From Patescibacteria group bacterium (lineage in GTDB: Bacteria; Patescibacteriota; Patescibacteriia; UBA10025; JAHIVO01), in the NCBI GenBank assembly GCA_041650915.1, contig JBAZKE010000006.1:8961-72960 (forward strand): a stretch of DNA of 64,000 nt, written 5' to 3'. The notes beneath the pieces are model-generated. The model worked only from the letters and a program-made list of their open reading frames with translations. It was not told the origin of the DNA and searched no databases. Numbering within the stretch: position 1 is the stretch's first letter; each line of letters opens with the position of its first letter. Positions 27,483-37,347 of the stretch are shown here, piece after piece. Made by a program: the position numbers and the translations under genes.

Positions 27483-28241
27483 ATGTTGCTTTCGGGCGTG
27501 TACAAGATTCAAAATACAGTTAATGGCAAACAGTACATAGGTAGTTCTGTGAATATACGAGAACGCTGGCAAGACCACGAAAGAAACCTGCGTGCCGGTA
27601 CGCACGCTAACGCCAGGCTGCAACACGCCTGGAATAAATATGGGGCAGACGCGTTTATATTTTCTATCATAGAGCTAGTCTCTCCAACCAAAGATGCTTT
27701 AATTGCACGCGAGCAAGCGTGGATAGATTTGCACAATACTGCTCATCGGGATGTTGGGTACAATATAAGTCCGACGGCAGGATCTTCTCTGGGCACCAAA
27801 TTTTCTGCGGAAACTTGTGCGCGCATGAGTAAAGCACAAAAGGGCAAAGTGCTCACGGAAGAGCACAAAAGAAAGATAGGCGCAGCGGCAAAAGGCAGAA
27901 AAGCGTCGGACGAAACTAAAATAAAGATTGGAAACGGTAGTCGAGGCAGAAAGCACACAGAGGAATGTAAAGCTAGAATCGGAGCTGCGTCCGCTGCTTG
28001 GACACGTGGGCCTGTATCGGACGAGACGCGCGCCAAACAAAGTGTAACGCGAAGAGCGAAACGATTGGGACATGGCGCCTCTAATGGCAGGGCAAAATTA
28101 ACAGAAGAACAAGTGATTGAGATCCGCAGACTTTACGCCACACGCGAATACACCAACGTTCAAATAGCGCAGCTTTTTGGCGTGTGCAAATCCACCATAG
28201 GCAGGATAGTACAGGGTAAACACTGGATTTTTGTAGCTTAA
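27483..28241 (+). CDS. GIY-YIG homing endonuclease with NUMOD3-type repeats
   Basis: GVYKIQNTVNGKQYIGSS...R...H. Repeated HKxKIG/ETKxKIG modules. AT-rich island. Confidence 0.85.
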   Translation: MLLSGVYKIQNTVNGKQYIGSSVNIRERWQDHERNLRAGTHANARLQHAWNKYGADAFIFSIIELVSPTKDALIAREQAWIDLHNTAHRDVGYNISPTAGSSLGTKFSAETCARMSKAQKGKVLTEEHKRKIGAAAKGRKASDETKIKIGNGSRGRKHTEECKARIGAASAAWTRGPVSDETRAKQSVTRRAKRLGHGASNGRAKLTEEQVIEIRRLYATREYTNVQIAQLFGVCKSTIGRIVQGKHWIFVA

Positions 28242-28391
28242 AATTGTGCGGTATTAATTAATGCACGCTGGCAAGATAAAGTATCGAATTCTTTCATTCA
28301 TAATTTAAACTTTTATGCCTTCCTTTTGTGCTCCATGCCAGTAAATTTTGTAAAACAATAGGGAAGAATTTACCTGCTTCCACGGTAGACT

Positions 28392-28745
28392 ATGCTCGTC
28401 GACCTCCTCCACGACTTATTCCTAGATCTTGACGATATGGAATTTTTCCTTGACGCCTATTCCAATGACTACGAAGAGACGCTAGCTAAAATAGAACTAT
28501 GTGAAACTACACGCGAATTAATTTATTTACTTCAGCGCTATCCTGTTTTGGTCGTAGCGTGCATTGCACACCTCGAAGTAATTCTAGCGCGACCCTACGA
28601 TGAAACCGCGCAAGATCTTCCTTGTCTTGTGCTCCTCCATGTGCTATATAAAGTGCAGAGCGCAGCGCTGGAGCCTGCAGTAAAACTGTTTGTAGGAAAA
28701 CAACACCGCCACGCTGACCGCTTTATCGCCGATCTCGGCTATTGA
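28392..28745 (+). CDS. Hypothetical protein (117 aa)
   Basis: ORF only. Confidence 0.4.
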   Translation: MLVDLLHDLFLDLDDMEFFLDAYSNDYEETLAKIELCETTRELIYLLQRYPVLVVACIAHLEVILARPYDETAQDLPCLVLLHVLYKVQSAALEPAVKLFVGKQHRHADRFIADLGY

Positions 28746-28752
28746 GGTAAAC

Positions 28753-29103
28753 TTGGATTTCATCAAGCTGGCAAACGAGATCGGCGAACTCGTACAAGAG
28801 AAGAACCAAGTCTACGGCGATTCGTTCGCGCGTGCTGGTGAAATTCTGAAAATTCTATACCCCAGGGGTATTGAACCTTCGCAGTACAGAGATGTCCTGG
28901 CTATCACGCGCATCCTGGACAAGTTGTTTCGCATCGCTACAGCTCGTGATGCCCTGGGCGAATCCCCGTACCGAGATCTCATGGGCTACGCCCTCTTGGG
29001 TCTCGCGAACGCCGAAGCAAAACAAGAGACAACCACACCTGCGGAACAATTTAAACGCGACCTTGCCGACGTAAGACAGCAACGTAAAAAGCCCGCCATT
29101 TAG
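28753..29103 (+). CDS. Hypothetical protein (116 aa), loosely MazG/NTP-pyrophosphohydrolase-like helical (tentative)
   Basis: TTG start with GAGGT RBS. EIGELVQEK...YGDSF pattern. Product assignment is weak. Confidence 0.45.
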   Translation: MDFIKLANEIGELVQEKNQVYGDSFARAGEILKILYPRGIEPSQYRDVLAITRILDKLFRIATARDALGESPYRDLMGYALLGLANAEAKQETTTPAEQFKRDLADVRQQRKKPAI

Positions 29104-29161
29104 CTGTTTTGACCACTTTTATACCTACCTGAAAAAATCGACATTCCCGATTAATTTTTTC

Positions 29162-29190
29162 TTGACTTCATAAATAATCTGTTCTATAGT
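29162..29190 (+). promoter_or_regulatory. Sigma70-like promoter P3 (TTGACT-17-TATAGT)
   Basis: -35 at 29162-29167, -10 at 29185-29190. A degenerate GACATTCCC copy lies upstream at about 29139. Confidence 0.5.
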
Positions 29191-29233
29191 GACGTCATAC
29201 ACAATTCGCGCGCTTTTCTGCGCTTGGAGCATC

Positions 29234-30121
29234 ATGCCGTTATCCGACGTCACCAAACAGGACTTTCTACAACGCAACATAATTGATAATCCCGGACTCA
29301 AACGCTATATTGGTTCGTTGGCCAAGCAGCGCTTGCGTTTCGTCTGGGGCAACGACCGGGCTATCGAGCGCGAGGACATCGAAGCCGAACTCATGCTCAA
29401 GGCTGTGGAGGCCGCGAGGAAATGCGAGGCCAAAGGGATCGATGGCCGACACTGTACCAATACTCTGAGAGTCGCGGTAACGAATCACAGCTTGAATCTA
29501 GCGACACGCTTCGGGTCAAAGGCACGCAACCCCCTGACGCGTGTCAGTAAGGCCGACAAATTCCGAACTGCCTGGTGGACAGATTTGGAAGCGAATTCAG
29601 TAATTCAGGTCATGGTCTCGACTCACCCCCGCCACCGCAAAAATAAATACATCCTGACGTGCAATACTAATTCTGGCCTACAGCAGTATTGCCACGTGAA
29701 CCGCCTTTTCGATACTGAAGAAGATGCACGCAAAAGTCTAAAACGCTATCGCGTCTTAGGCGATGGCAAGCGCAAAGCCGTCGTAGATCTCACTGTCGAT
29801 ATGGACGATTTCCAGCCCACAACCAAATCATTTGATCTCCCGACCTCGCAGGATGGCGAAACTACTTTGTACAATTTCGTCGGCGGCAAAAAAGACAAAA
29901 GCACCGAAATAGAATTAAACAAAATACGCAATCCGAAAACCCGTGCTTGTTGCGCTCTGGCGCTGGGTTGTGGGGACTACGAGACCTTCCGGGTTTGGGC
30001 ACAGCAGCACGGCTGCGATATCGGAACTACCACGTATCGTGAATTCCTACGGCTCGCCATGGAGTTCTGCGGGGTGGAAAAAGAAGATCTAGAGCGTGCC
30101 TTGACCAAATTCCGCCAGTAG
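29234..30121 (+). CDS. Hypothetical protein (295 aa), possible regulator
   Basis: ATG with a GGAG RBS about 37 nt downstream of P3. The track's GTG start at 29189 overlaps the -10 and was rejected. Confidence 0.5.
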   Translation: MPLSDVTKQDFLQRNIIDNPGLKRYIGSLAKQRLRFVWGNDRAIEREDIEAELMLKAVEAARKCEAKGIDGRHCTNTLRVAVTNHSLNLATRFGSKARNPLTRVSKADKFRTAWWTDLEANSVIQVMVSTHPRHRKNKYILTCNTNSGLQQYCHVNRLFDTEEDARKSLKRYRVLGDGKRKAVVDLTVDMDDFQPTTKSFDLPTSQDGETTLYNFVGGKKDKSTEIELNKIRNPKTRACCALALGCGDYETFRVWAQQHGCDIGTTTYREFLRLAMEFCGVEKEDLERALTKFRQ

Positions 30122-30124
30122 CGC

Positions 30125-30153
30125 TTGACTTTCACCCGTCTGTACAGTAAACT
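30125..30153 (+). promoter_or_regulatory. Possible promoter (GCGCTTGACT-17-TAAACT)
   Basis: Matches the extended -35 family GCTTGAC. Weaker -10. Confidence 0.3.
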
Positions 30154-30177
30154 CCTACTATTGCAGTAGGAGCAGTG

Positions 30178-30762
30178 ATGCCAAATAATTCTTTCTGGTC
30201 TAACGAACTAGTACAAACCGGCCCAGACACCTGGGAGGTCCGCTACGGCAAACACCAAGGCCAGCGGCAAAAGGTCTCCGCAGCCAGAAACAGGGAGGCC
30301 GGCGTCAAACCCGCGCAGCACAACCGCGTCAGGGTATACAAGTATTTCCTGGACCGTAGACACAAAACCATTACAGACGCCCAGGGTAATGTAGTAGCAC
30401 GGCGCGTTACTATTACTCAAGGCAAAAAACTCATGGGGCACAAGCAAACGCTCGTACGCTTCATGATGGATGGATTGGAATGGGCCGGGCGTACGGTGCT
30501 GGGCGGTAAGAACGCGTTGGTGCTTCGCCCAGGCCGACGGAAAATTGCCAAGTGCCCATGCGGTAAAACGTTGAAATCGGATAATGCCACAGGGCTCTGC
30601 CGTGAGTGCAGGAAAAAAGAAACTCAGAGCAAAAATAAAACCTGCACAGAATGCGGCAAGGCCATCAGAGACCAAAATGTGACAGGTCTGTGTGCAAAAC
30701 ATTACCGAGAGTCGAAGCACGCAGCAGAGCAAAAGCGTAATTTCAACCCCTTTGCACCGTAA
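30178..30762 (+). CDS. Hypothetical protein with tandem C-terminal zinc ribbons (195 aa)
   Basis: RBS AGGAG held in an 8-bp hairpin CTCCTACT/AGTAGGAG. Two CxCG...TGLCxxC modules. Confidence 0.55.
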   Translation: MPNNSFWSNELVQTGPDTWEVRYGKHQGQRQKVSAARNREAGVKPAQHNRVRVYKYFLDRRHKTITDAQGNVVARRVTITQGKKLMGHKQTLVRFMMDGLEWAGRTVLGGKNALVLRPGRRKIAKCPCGKTLKSDNATGLCRECRKKETQSKNKTCTECGKAIRDQNVTGLCAKHYRESKHAAEQKRNFNPFAP

Positions 30763-30821
30763 CGAATTTTCACCTTAAATTGTAATAGCGGCTTTCCGCC
30801 CACCAGGGCGAAGCCCTGCTT

Positions 30822-31805
30822 ATGATCCAAACTCGACCCTCCCCACAATTTATTCGTATCGACCCCATGAGCGAAACTGCGCTCTCAGGGCTCGCGGAGC
30901 GCGACATCACGCGCTACCTCGAGGTCGTGAAGCTCACGTTGCAGCGCTTCATGGAAGAGTGTCTGGGCAAGGAAGGTCAGTTCCGGGAATTCTTCGACCG
31001 CTTCGCCAGTTTCACCACGGGTTTCATCGTAAATGAAACTCTGGACCGAGACCCCAATAAGCGGCATCTACAAATAGCCAGATATTTCGACGACATTCAA
31101 GAGCGCCCGCCACAGATTTTCATCCAGGACAATGGGTATAATTACCAGCCGTCCGGCTTAGGCGGAATTGACGATGGCTGGAATATGCGGAATGAACGCG
31201 GGCAACAAGTAATTCGTGTTGCAGACGTAGTGACGATCCCCTGCCAGATTACCTGCGCCGCGTTGTCTGAGCAGGACATCAACAACATGGCGGCATTTAT
31301 TTCTGCGGCTTTCGGACAGTTTCAGCAGGAGATCTGCAAATATATCCTGAAGCCCAAGCCAAATCCGGACCGTCCTGCACACTGGGAAGTACGCCTACCC
31401 TTCACGTTCAAAGTCAGTCCCAAGAAACATGAATCTCTGCACGAGGACACTCGGCAACAACTCTGGTCCGTGACGGCCGACATGGACGTAGTGTTTGAAA
31501 ACTCCGTCTACATGATCTACGCGAACCAACCCAAACTCGAGTTCACGGAAGGCACTCTGGGCGTTTCCGTGCCGTCAACTATCCGGTTGGGCCAGAACGT
31601 TCCCATTAACCTGACGAAACATCCCCCACGCTTCACCGTTTATACTGATGATCCGCGCGTAGCTGTGGTGCACAAAACCAATTTGACTTTCTCGCTGCAG
31701 CCCAGACGCCCCGGCACCTGCACGTTGTTCGTCACCGCAGAAGATGGTGGGTCCAAAGGTCCCAGGATATTTTTCCAGCAGACCATTACGGTGGTTTCCA
31801 GATAA
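30822..31805 (+). CDS. Hypothetical protein (327 aa)
   Basis: ORF. N-terminus PQFIRID is a degenerate, partial tag. Confidence 0.5.
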   Translation: MIQTRPSPQFIRIDPMSETALSGLAERDITRYLEVVKLTLQRFMEECLGKEGQFREFFDRFASFTTGFIVNETLDRDPNKRHLQIARYFDDIQERPPQIFIQDNGYNYQPSGLGGIDDGWNMRNERGQQVIRVADVVTIPCQITCAALSEQDINNMAAFISAAFGQFQQEICKYILKPKPNPDRPAHWEVRLPFTFKVSPKKHESLHEDTRQQLWSVTADMDVVFENSVYMIYANQPKLEFTEGTLGVSVPSTIRLGQNVPINLTKHPPRFTVYTDDPRVAVVHKTNLTFSLQPRRPGTCTLFVTAEDGGSKGPRIFFQQTITVVSR

Positions 31806-31807
31806 TC

Positions 31808-32098
31808 ATGGATACAGATTTACAGAAAGAATATGGAGTTCTGTACACCAAAGTACTAGATATTTTGTACACAGCGGATTTAGCACAAACCCACAGTCCA
31901 GATCCAAATGAATACTGGCCAGAAGTCGGTGAAATAATTCCTCGACTGCACCTGTGCGGATCTCCGGAAGAAGTCCATAGTCTAGTCTATCGAGTTTTTT
32001 GCCAATTATTTAGCGATAAAATAGCTGGAGATTTTGATCGTTATCGTGCCCCGGCAGAACGAATTTTTGAAGCGTACATTTTATATCAGCCTGTCTAG
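31808..32098 (+). CDS. Hypothetical protein (96 aa)
   Basis: ORF abutting the upstream gene. Confidence 0.4.
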   Translation: MDTDLQKEYGVLYTKVLDILYTADLAQTHSPDPNEYWPEVGEIIPRLHLCGSPEEVHSLVYRVFCQLFSDKIAGDFDRYRAPAERIFEAYILYQPV

Positions 32099-32104
32099 TA
32101 AATT

Positions 32105-32125
32105 CACGTTAATATCTATTAGCAA
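32105..32125 (+). promoter_or_regulatory. Conserved CACGTTA...ATTAGCAA promoter-like element (copy 3)
   Basis: CACGTTAATATCTATTAGCAA, 60 nt upstream of the 1176-aa gene. Confidence 0.35.
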
Positions 32126-32188
32126 TTAGCTTCCTTTTGGGTGCAGTCAATAATTGCGCCCGATTTCTTGTAGTTTAAGGAGTTCAAC

Positions 32189-35100
32189 ATGGCAATCGGC
32201 GATATCCGGCTTACCAATTCGCGTTATGTGCGTCCCGGCGCTTACATTGGATTTGTGCCGCAGCCGTCCCCAGTTTCCCCGACGGGAAACCCACGCTATC
32301 CCTGCATCGTGGGCCGTGGGTCGCGCCTCGCACGGGTTAACGCCGAGCAGCACGTGCGTGCTCGCGTGTACGGTGAGCAGCTCACATTCACGTCTACGGC
32401 GCCGTACATCGCGTACCTGGACAATAACGCCAATCCCGACAAGGGTTTGACGCAGGTTTACGACTCCTCGGGGCGTCCTGTGCCTTCCGACAAGTGGGCG
32501 TTCCTGGTGAATCTCTCGGCCTCGGGTTACTACAACCGCGTGCAGATTGATTCCACGACGTTCAACAAAAACGTCACGTATTACGTGGAATACCAGTCGG
32601 TAGACCGCGGCGTGCTCGACGAGATGATGTTCGACGGTGTTCGCGAGATGCTGCTCGTCGGCGATGCCGAGGGGCAGAATAAGTACGTAGAGTTCACGGA
32701 CTATCGTGTGGTCACGTCGCTCGTGGGCTCCACCGTGGACCCGGACGCCTGCACGGCGGACACAGATAATACGTTCTACGCTAGCACCATCGTGCCGGCT
32801 GCACTAGTACCCGCTCCTGCTCCTGGCGCGGGTTCTGTCGCGCTAAACGCGGCCACCAATTACATTGGTGGGTATAACCGCAAATATGTGCTAGAGTGTG
32901 TGGCCGTCAACGGTGGTGTTTCAGCAGACTTTAGTCTAACTGTAACCAACTACTCCGGCGGTAACGCGCAGACGCCAAACGTGCCGTACGTCCCGGCAGC
33001 TACTACTTCTATTTTCCGGCGTATTTTCGCAGACCCGGCCACAGCGTTCTCGTTGTCCAACCCCGCGAGTGTTGGTGTGCTGTCTGGTTATCTGACCACC
33101 AACCCGCTTCCCAATTTCTTTGGGTCCGACGGAATCGTACTGGACATCGACGCGGCATTTATTGGCGGTGACGTAGGCATTACTTGGACTTGGATGGCGT
33201 ATGGACCGGGCAAAGTTGAATTTGCTTCGGCACATGACAATACTAACCAATACTCGACTGTTCTAGACCCGGTGGAGCTTGGTGATATTGACCCTGCACT
33301 AGCGGCCACCGCACAAACGTCGGGGGGTAAAATCACTGTTCATGCCGACACCGATTTTTCTGATACTTTGGACCGTAGCTATTTCCTGCACTGCAGCGCA
33401 TCCGGCGGTGCGGTGCCTAATCGTACGGCCACCATCACTTGGGCAGGGTACAAGGAACTTCCGTACACCACCGGCTCCATCGGTCTCGTAGAGGGTACTC
33501 CGGCTTCGTACCAGCGGGTGCTGCTGGAAAACGGAATCTATCTGACGTTTGCATTCGGAACGTCACACAACCTGGTGGACACTACCAACGTGCTAGCTTC
33601 GCCGGCCGCGTCTACACTTTCTAGTGCTATCACGCTGGCCAATGAAATCCGTACTGAATACGGCGAGCACGACAATAACACCGGTGGTGCTTGGCATGTC
33701 GCGGGCTCTGGAGCGCACCAAATCGTGGCTGCGGCTTCAGCAGACCTCGCGACTCTGCGGACACTTGCGCTGGATATCCAGACCAAGTACTCGGCGCACC
33801 TCGCTGACACAACTGAGCACGTCGTCGTTGATGCCATCTGGACTCTCGATACTGATCTGACCATCACGGCAGCGTCGGACCTGGCTGCGCTGGTCAATTT
33901 CCTGAACGATGTGCGTACCAAGTATACTCGGCACGGCGTAGCCAACGGATTTGACCTGGCAGACACCTGGCGCGTTGATGCCAAGGCAGCGCGGCGTGAG
34001 TTTACGGGTAAAGACGACCGTACCGTTACCCTGACGTTCAGCGCTCCTGTGGCCGCGACGTCCGTGACCGCAACGTACACGTCGTCCACTCTCGAGGGCG
34101 GTTGGGCCACCGAAACCATTTCGGATTACAGCGACCCCTGGTTTGATCTCCCGGACAACATCCGGCTCATGGTCCGAAACCTTCAGGGTTTCACTTCGAA
34201 CCCTGGCCCACCGCTGATTCCTAACACGCACGAGCGCTATGCGGCCAATGACGTCTTCACGTTCGCGACGCTCAACCACGATGAGATTGACTGGTCACTG
34301 GTAAATCGTGCGTCCGAGACCACGGATTCCTCAGATATTCGACAGGATACTCTCGGGACCATTACCGGTACTCCGCTGTATTTCTACCTCGTACTGCAGG
34401 AGACCCCAGAAACCGTGCTCAGGGTGAAGGACGCCGCTACCCTGCTGCCCATTTCTTACACCTGGATTTCTGATACTCCGTACATCGCATTTGCCTCCGA
34501 TCCTACAGTCGATGTCATCGTGGATTACGAGTACCGCGGCAACGAGCCGGACCCCGGTAATGCTTACTACATTACGGCGAACCGTATCCGTATCGACTCG
34601 GGCTCTGAGAATGAGTACGAGATCCCGCGGCGCTTCCTGAATCATGATGCTTCTCGTCTGGGTCTGTACCCCGCGGAGACCAATAACCATCTCTGGCTCG
34701 GCAGCGAGACCATGTGGGATGCCCGTCCGTTCGGGATTTACTGTGTGCAGGTCAAGAGCGCAGCTGGCGACGATACCTTCACGACCACGGACTATCGACG
34801 GGGTATCGATGCGACCGAGACCTCCAATGCCATCACGGACGTAATTCCGCTGTCTCACTTCGCGGTTATTCCGTATGCCAAAACCTCGATCGAGAATATG
34901 AACAACCCCTTCGAGGCGAAAGAGCGCCTCCTGTGGGTCGGTGCGCAGGTTGGAACTCAGGTGGGTGACGAATCGACAGCCAATACCCTGGTGTATTACG
35001 CGCGTCGCACTCTTCAGTGTAGCCCAAGCTCTCCCGGCAAGGGCAACATCATTCTGATTGGTAACAACGAAGCTACCCGGACCTACGCCCTGGAAGACGG

Positions 35101-35719
35101 TTCAGCGACTACCGTGACGCTCGACGGTTCGTACATCGCGGCGTACACCGCGGCTTTGGTAGCGTCGTTCCTGAACCCCAGCGACACCATCGGACGCAAA
35201 TCGGTGTCTTCATTCGACACCATCACAACGTTCAACGAGAAGGAATTGGTCCTTCTGGGTCAGGCTTCCATCACGTCGCTGGATTCTATCGGTACTGGTA
35301 TTTATCAGTACGTGGAGTCTGTGACCGTCGATACCACGGAACTCGCGCTGAACGAGATTTCGGCTCGTACTCAGGCACACTACGTCGTGAAGTACGTGCG
35401 GCAGAAGATGGACGAGACCCTGACGTATCTCGTTCCTCCTTCTCCTCTGGCCGGTGTTGCGATCATCACGAACCAGCTGGTGCTCTGCCTCAGCGGGCTC
35501 GTAGCGAGCGGCGTGATTGCGCCGTACGGCAGCGACACGAATCCTCCGACGATCCGGCAGATTAATCCGGACCAGGATGTGTACGTGTTCGCGGATGAGA
35601 TCGAGAAGACGAAGTATCACTTCTGGTATTACTTTAATGCCAGGTACCCGATCAAGCGCCTCTTCGGTCTCTACAGTGTTGATACCAAGTTCTGGCAGAC
35701 CCAGTCTGCTGGTCAGTAA
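32189..35719 (+). CDS. Giant structural-like protein (1176 aa) with internal A-x-x-I-R-T-x-Y-x-x-H repeats
   Basis: Strong RBS TAAGGAG. Three IRTEY/IQTKY/VRTKY repeat units. A terminator follows. Confidence 0.7.
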   Translation: MAIGDIRLTNSRYVRPGAYIGFVPQPSPVSPTGNPRYPCIVGRGSRLARVNAEQHVRARVYGEQLTFTSTAPYIAYLDNNANPDKGLTQVYDSSGRPVPSDKWAFLVNLSASGYYNRVQIDSTTFNKNVTYYVEYQSVDRGVLDEMMFDGVREMLLVGDAEGQNKYVEFTDYRVVTSLVGSTVDPDACTADTDNTFYASTIVPAALVPAPAPGAGSVALNAATNYIGGYNRKYVLECVAVNGGVSADFSLTVTNYSGGNAQTPNVPYVPAATTSIFRRIFADPATAFSLSNPASVGVLSGYLTTNPLPNFFGSDGIVLDIDAAFIGGDVGITWTWMAYGPGKVEFASAHDNTNQYSTVLDPVELGDIDPALAATAQTSGGKITVHADTDFSDTLDRSYFLHCSASGGAVPNRTATITWAGYKELPYTTGSIGLVEGTPASYQRVLLENGIYLTFAFGTSHNLVDTTNVLASPAASTLSSAITLANEIRTEYGEHDNNTGGAWHVAGSGAHQIVAAASADLATLRTLALDIQTKYSAHLADTTEHVVVDAIWTLDTDLTITAASDLAALVNFLNDVRTKYTRHGVANGFDLADTWRVDAKAARREFTGKDDRTVTLTFSAPVAATSVTATYTSSTLEGGWATETISDYSDPWFDLPDNIRLMVRNLQGFTSNPGPPLIPNTHERYAANDVFTFATLNHDEIDWSLVNRASETTDSSDIRQDTLGTITGTPLYFYLVLQETPETVLRVKDAATLLPISYTWISDTPYIAFASDPTVDVIVDYEYRGNEPDPGNAYYITANRIRIDSGSENEYEIPRRFLNHDASRLGLYPAETNNHLWLGSETMWDARPFGIYCVQVKSAAGDDTFTTTDYRRGIDATETSNAITDVIPLSHFAVIPYAKTSIENMNNPFEAKERLLWVGAQVGTQVGDESTANTLVYYARRTLQCSPSSPGKGNIILIGNNEATRTYALEDGSATTVTLDGSYIAAYTAALVASFLNPSDTIGRKSVSSFDTITTFNEKELVLLGQASITSLDSIGTGIYQYVESVTVDTTELALNEISARTQAHYVVKYVRQKMDETLTYLVPPSPLAGVAIITNQLVLCLSGLVASGVIAPYGSDTNPPTIRQINPDQDVYVFADEIEKTKYHFWYYFNARYPIKRLFGLYSVDTKFWQTQSAGQ

Positions 35720-35725
35720 CTAAGG

Positions 35726-35770
35726 GCGCCGGGTCCACGCTTAACTATATGTGGACCCGGCGCAATTTTT
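35726..35770 (+). terminator. Rho-independent terminator
   Basis: 13-bp stem GCGCCGGGTCCAC / GTGGACCCGGCGC followed by AATTTTT. Confidence 0.6.
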
Positions 35771-35771
35771 C

Positions 35772-36185
35772 ATGATTCTAGAAGTCAGTGCCGAGTATGA
35801 TGCCGCCACGGACGTCGCGCAAGTCGCAACGATTGTGCAAACTGACGCCGGAGTATCAGCAGCAGACCAGGTCGAATCCGGAGTAGTGGAATTACTTCAA
35901 GGTTCAGCTGCACAGTACAGCGCGGCGTTTAATTATCGTGACGTCGTGTTGATCGAAAACGACGGGCAGTATTCTGACGTTGGGCGTTTTTATACTTTTG
36001 TGCTCCATCCTAATATGCAAAAGCATATGACAGCTCGGTGCACAGTGACGCTAAATAATGGAGATACGGCGACCCGAGTCGTTCCTGTAAATTATCGTTA
36101 TGTGGGATCGACAATGCCGACATTGAATCCTCTGTTCGGCGGTGTTGAGAATTACGATTTCGAACAAACCCCAGACAAGCCGTAG
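35772..36185 (+). CDS. Hypothetical protein (137 aa)
   Basis: ATG downstream of the terminator. The track's GTG start at 35751 lies inside the terminator stem. Confidence 0.4.
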   Translation: MILEVSAEYDAATDVAQVATIVQTDAGVSAADQVESGVVELLQGSAAQYSAAFNYRDVVLIENDGQYSDVGRFYTFVLHPNMQKHMTARCTVTLNNGDTATRVVPVNYRYVGSTMPTLNPLFGGVENYDFEQTPDKP

Positions 36186-36191
36186 GTCCAT

Positions 36192-36623
36192 ATGTTATAC
36201 CCATGCAGAATTGATTGGCCAGCCAATATCACAGCGGGCGATGAGTACACGTTTGTCGTTGAAGACACGGCGCTGGCAAACGCCAATGCGATTTACGAGC
36301 CGGTGCTCAGAGTTTATAATTTCGGGACTGAAACGTTAGATCTCACGATTACCCACAAGCTAGACCTGGGTACTGGCGATGACCCACTACACAACGGTAT
36401 CTTTGAAATGGATGTCGTCGTGACGATCATTCCAACCGGTACTTACGTGGACTTCACTTTCGGCGGTCTGCATCTCGCTACTGATACCGTTTTGGCCGTT
36501 ACCCACACCGTTGAAGTCGCGAATGCCTCGGGGTCCACGCAGCTCATGCATGCCGTACTTTACGGCAAAGCCGAACTCGAAGCTCAGCTTCCAGCGTCTG
36601 CGGCGATTATTCGCAACGCTTAA
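36192..36623 (+). CDS. Hypothetical protein (143 aa)
   Basis: ORF. Confidence 0.45.
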   Translation: MLYPCRIDWPANITAGDEYTFVVEDTALANANAIYEPVLRVYNFGTETLDLTITHKLDLGTGDDPLHNGIFEMDVVVTIIPTGTYVDFTFGGLHLATDTVLAVTHTVEVANASGSTQLMHAVLYGKAELEAQLPASAAIIRNA

Positions 36624-36632
36624 AGGCACGAC

Positions 36633-37310
36633 ATGATCCGCATTAGAAACATTTCACGAACTCCCACGGCACCCGGAAACCGCATAGGTTTCAAGATTAA
36701 AGGCATCGGGACTTCCGGCATGCACGCGGGTTATCTCGATCTGGAGCCGCAGCAGCAAGTGGAACTCCCGCGTCTTGCCATGAAGGACTGGCCGTTTTCT
36801 GCCAAGCAAGCCCTGGCGGAATACGTGGCCCATGGTCTCGTGGAAGTCGCGGAAGTCGATTCCGTGCATCTATATAAAGACAAGGGACACGACCTCGCCT
36901 ATTCCCCCGATTACATTCTGGCCGAAGCTGGTGCCAATATGCTCACGGCGTCCATCACAGCAGCCATAGATTTCACTGCACAATTCAATCAGCATGCCGC
37001 GAGCACGGCGATACACACTGCAGCAGCGGTCCAAATTACGCATGCAGTGCCTACGACCACTCTAGCGAGTCTTCAGAATTGGCTAGTTAACGCGGGTGGC
37101 GCGCAGCTAGTATTCGTTGCGCACCTAGCCGATGCTGCCGCGCATTCTACTTTGGATAATTCCAACGCCATCGCTTCGATCGCGCCGGTGTCTATCCCCG
37201 CAGCGGCAGCTGCGGTCGTAGAACTCATGCGTGCGTACACCGCGCACAAAGAATGGTTTTTAGAATCTACCGCGGCCGTGCTCAACGTTCCCGGCATCCT
37301 GACTTACTAA
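36633..37310 (+). CDS. Hypothetical protein (225 aa)
   Basis: RBS AAAGGCAC. Confidence 0.5.
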   Translation: MIRIRNISRTPTAPGNRIGFKIKGIGTSGMHAGYLDLEPQQQVELPRLAMKDWPFSAKQALAEYVAHGLVEVAEVDSVHLYKDKGHDLAYSPDYILAEAGANMLTASITAAIDFTAQFNQHAASTAIHTAAAVQITHAVPTTTLASLQNWLVNAGGAQLVFVAHLADAAAHSTLDNSNAIASIAPVSIPAAAAAVVELMRAYTAHKEWFLESTAAVLNVPGILTY

Positions 37311-37347
37311 CGTTGTCGGGCGCGGCCTGACAAAGAAAAGGTGATCC

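Noticed and set aside
29189-29233. GTG start at 29189 for the 29189..30121 ORF.
   Set aside because: Falls inside the -10 hexamer of promoter P3. The downstream ATG at 29234 with a GGAG RBS is preferred.
33538-34858. Several 175-193-aa minus-strand ORFs inside the 1176-aa gene.
   Set aside because: Antisense to a long uninterrupted ORF with strong RBS and terminator.
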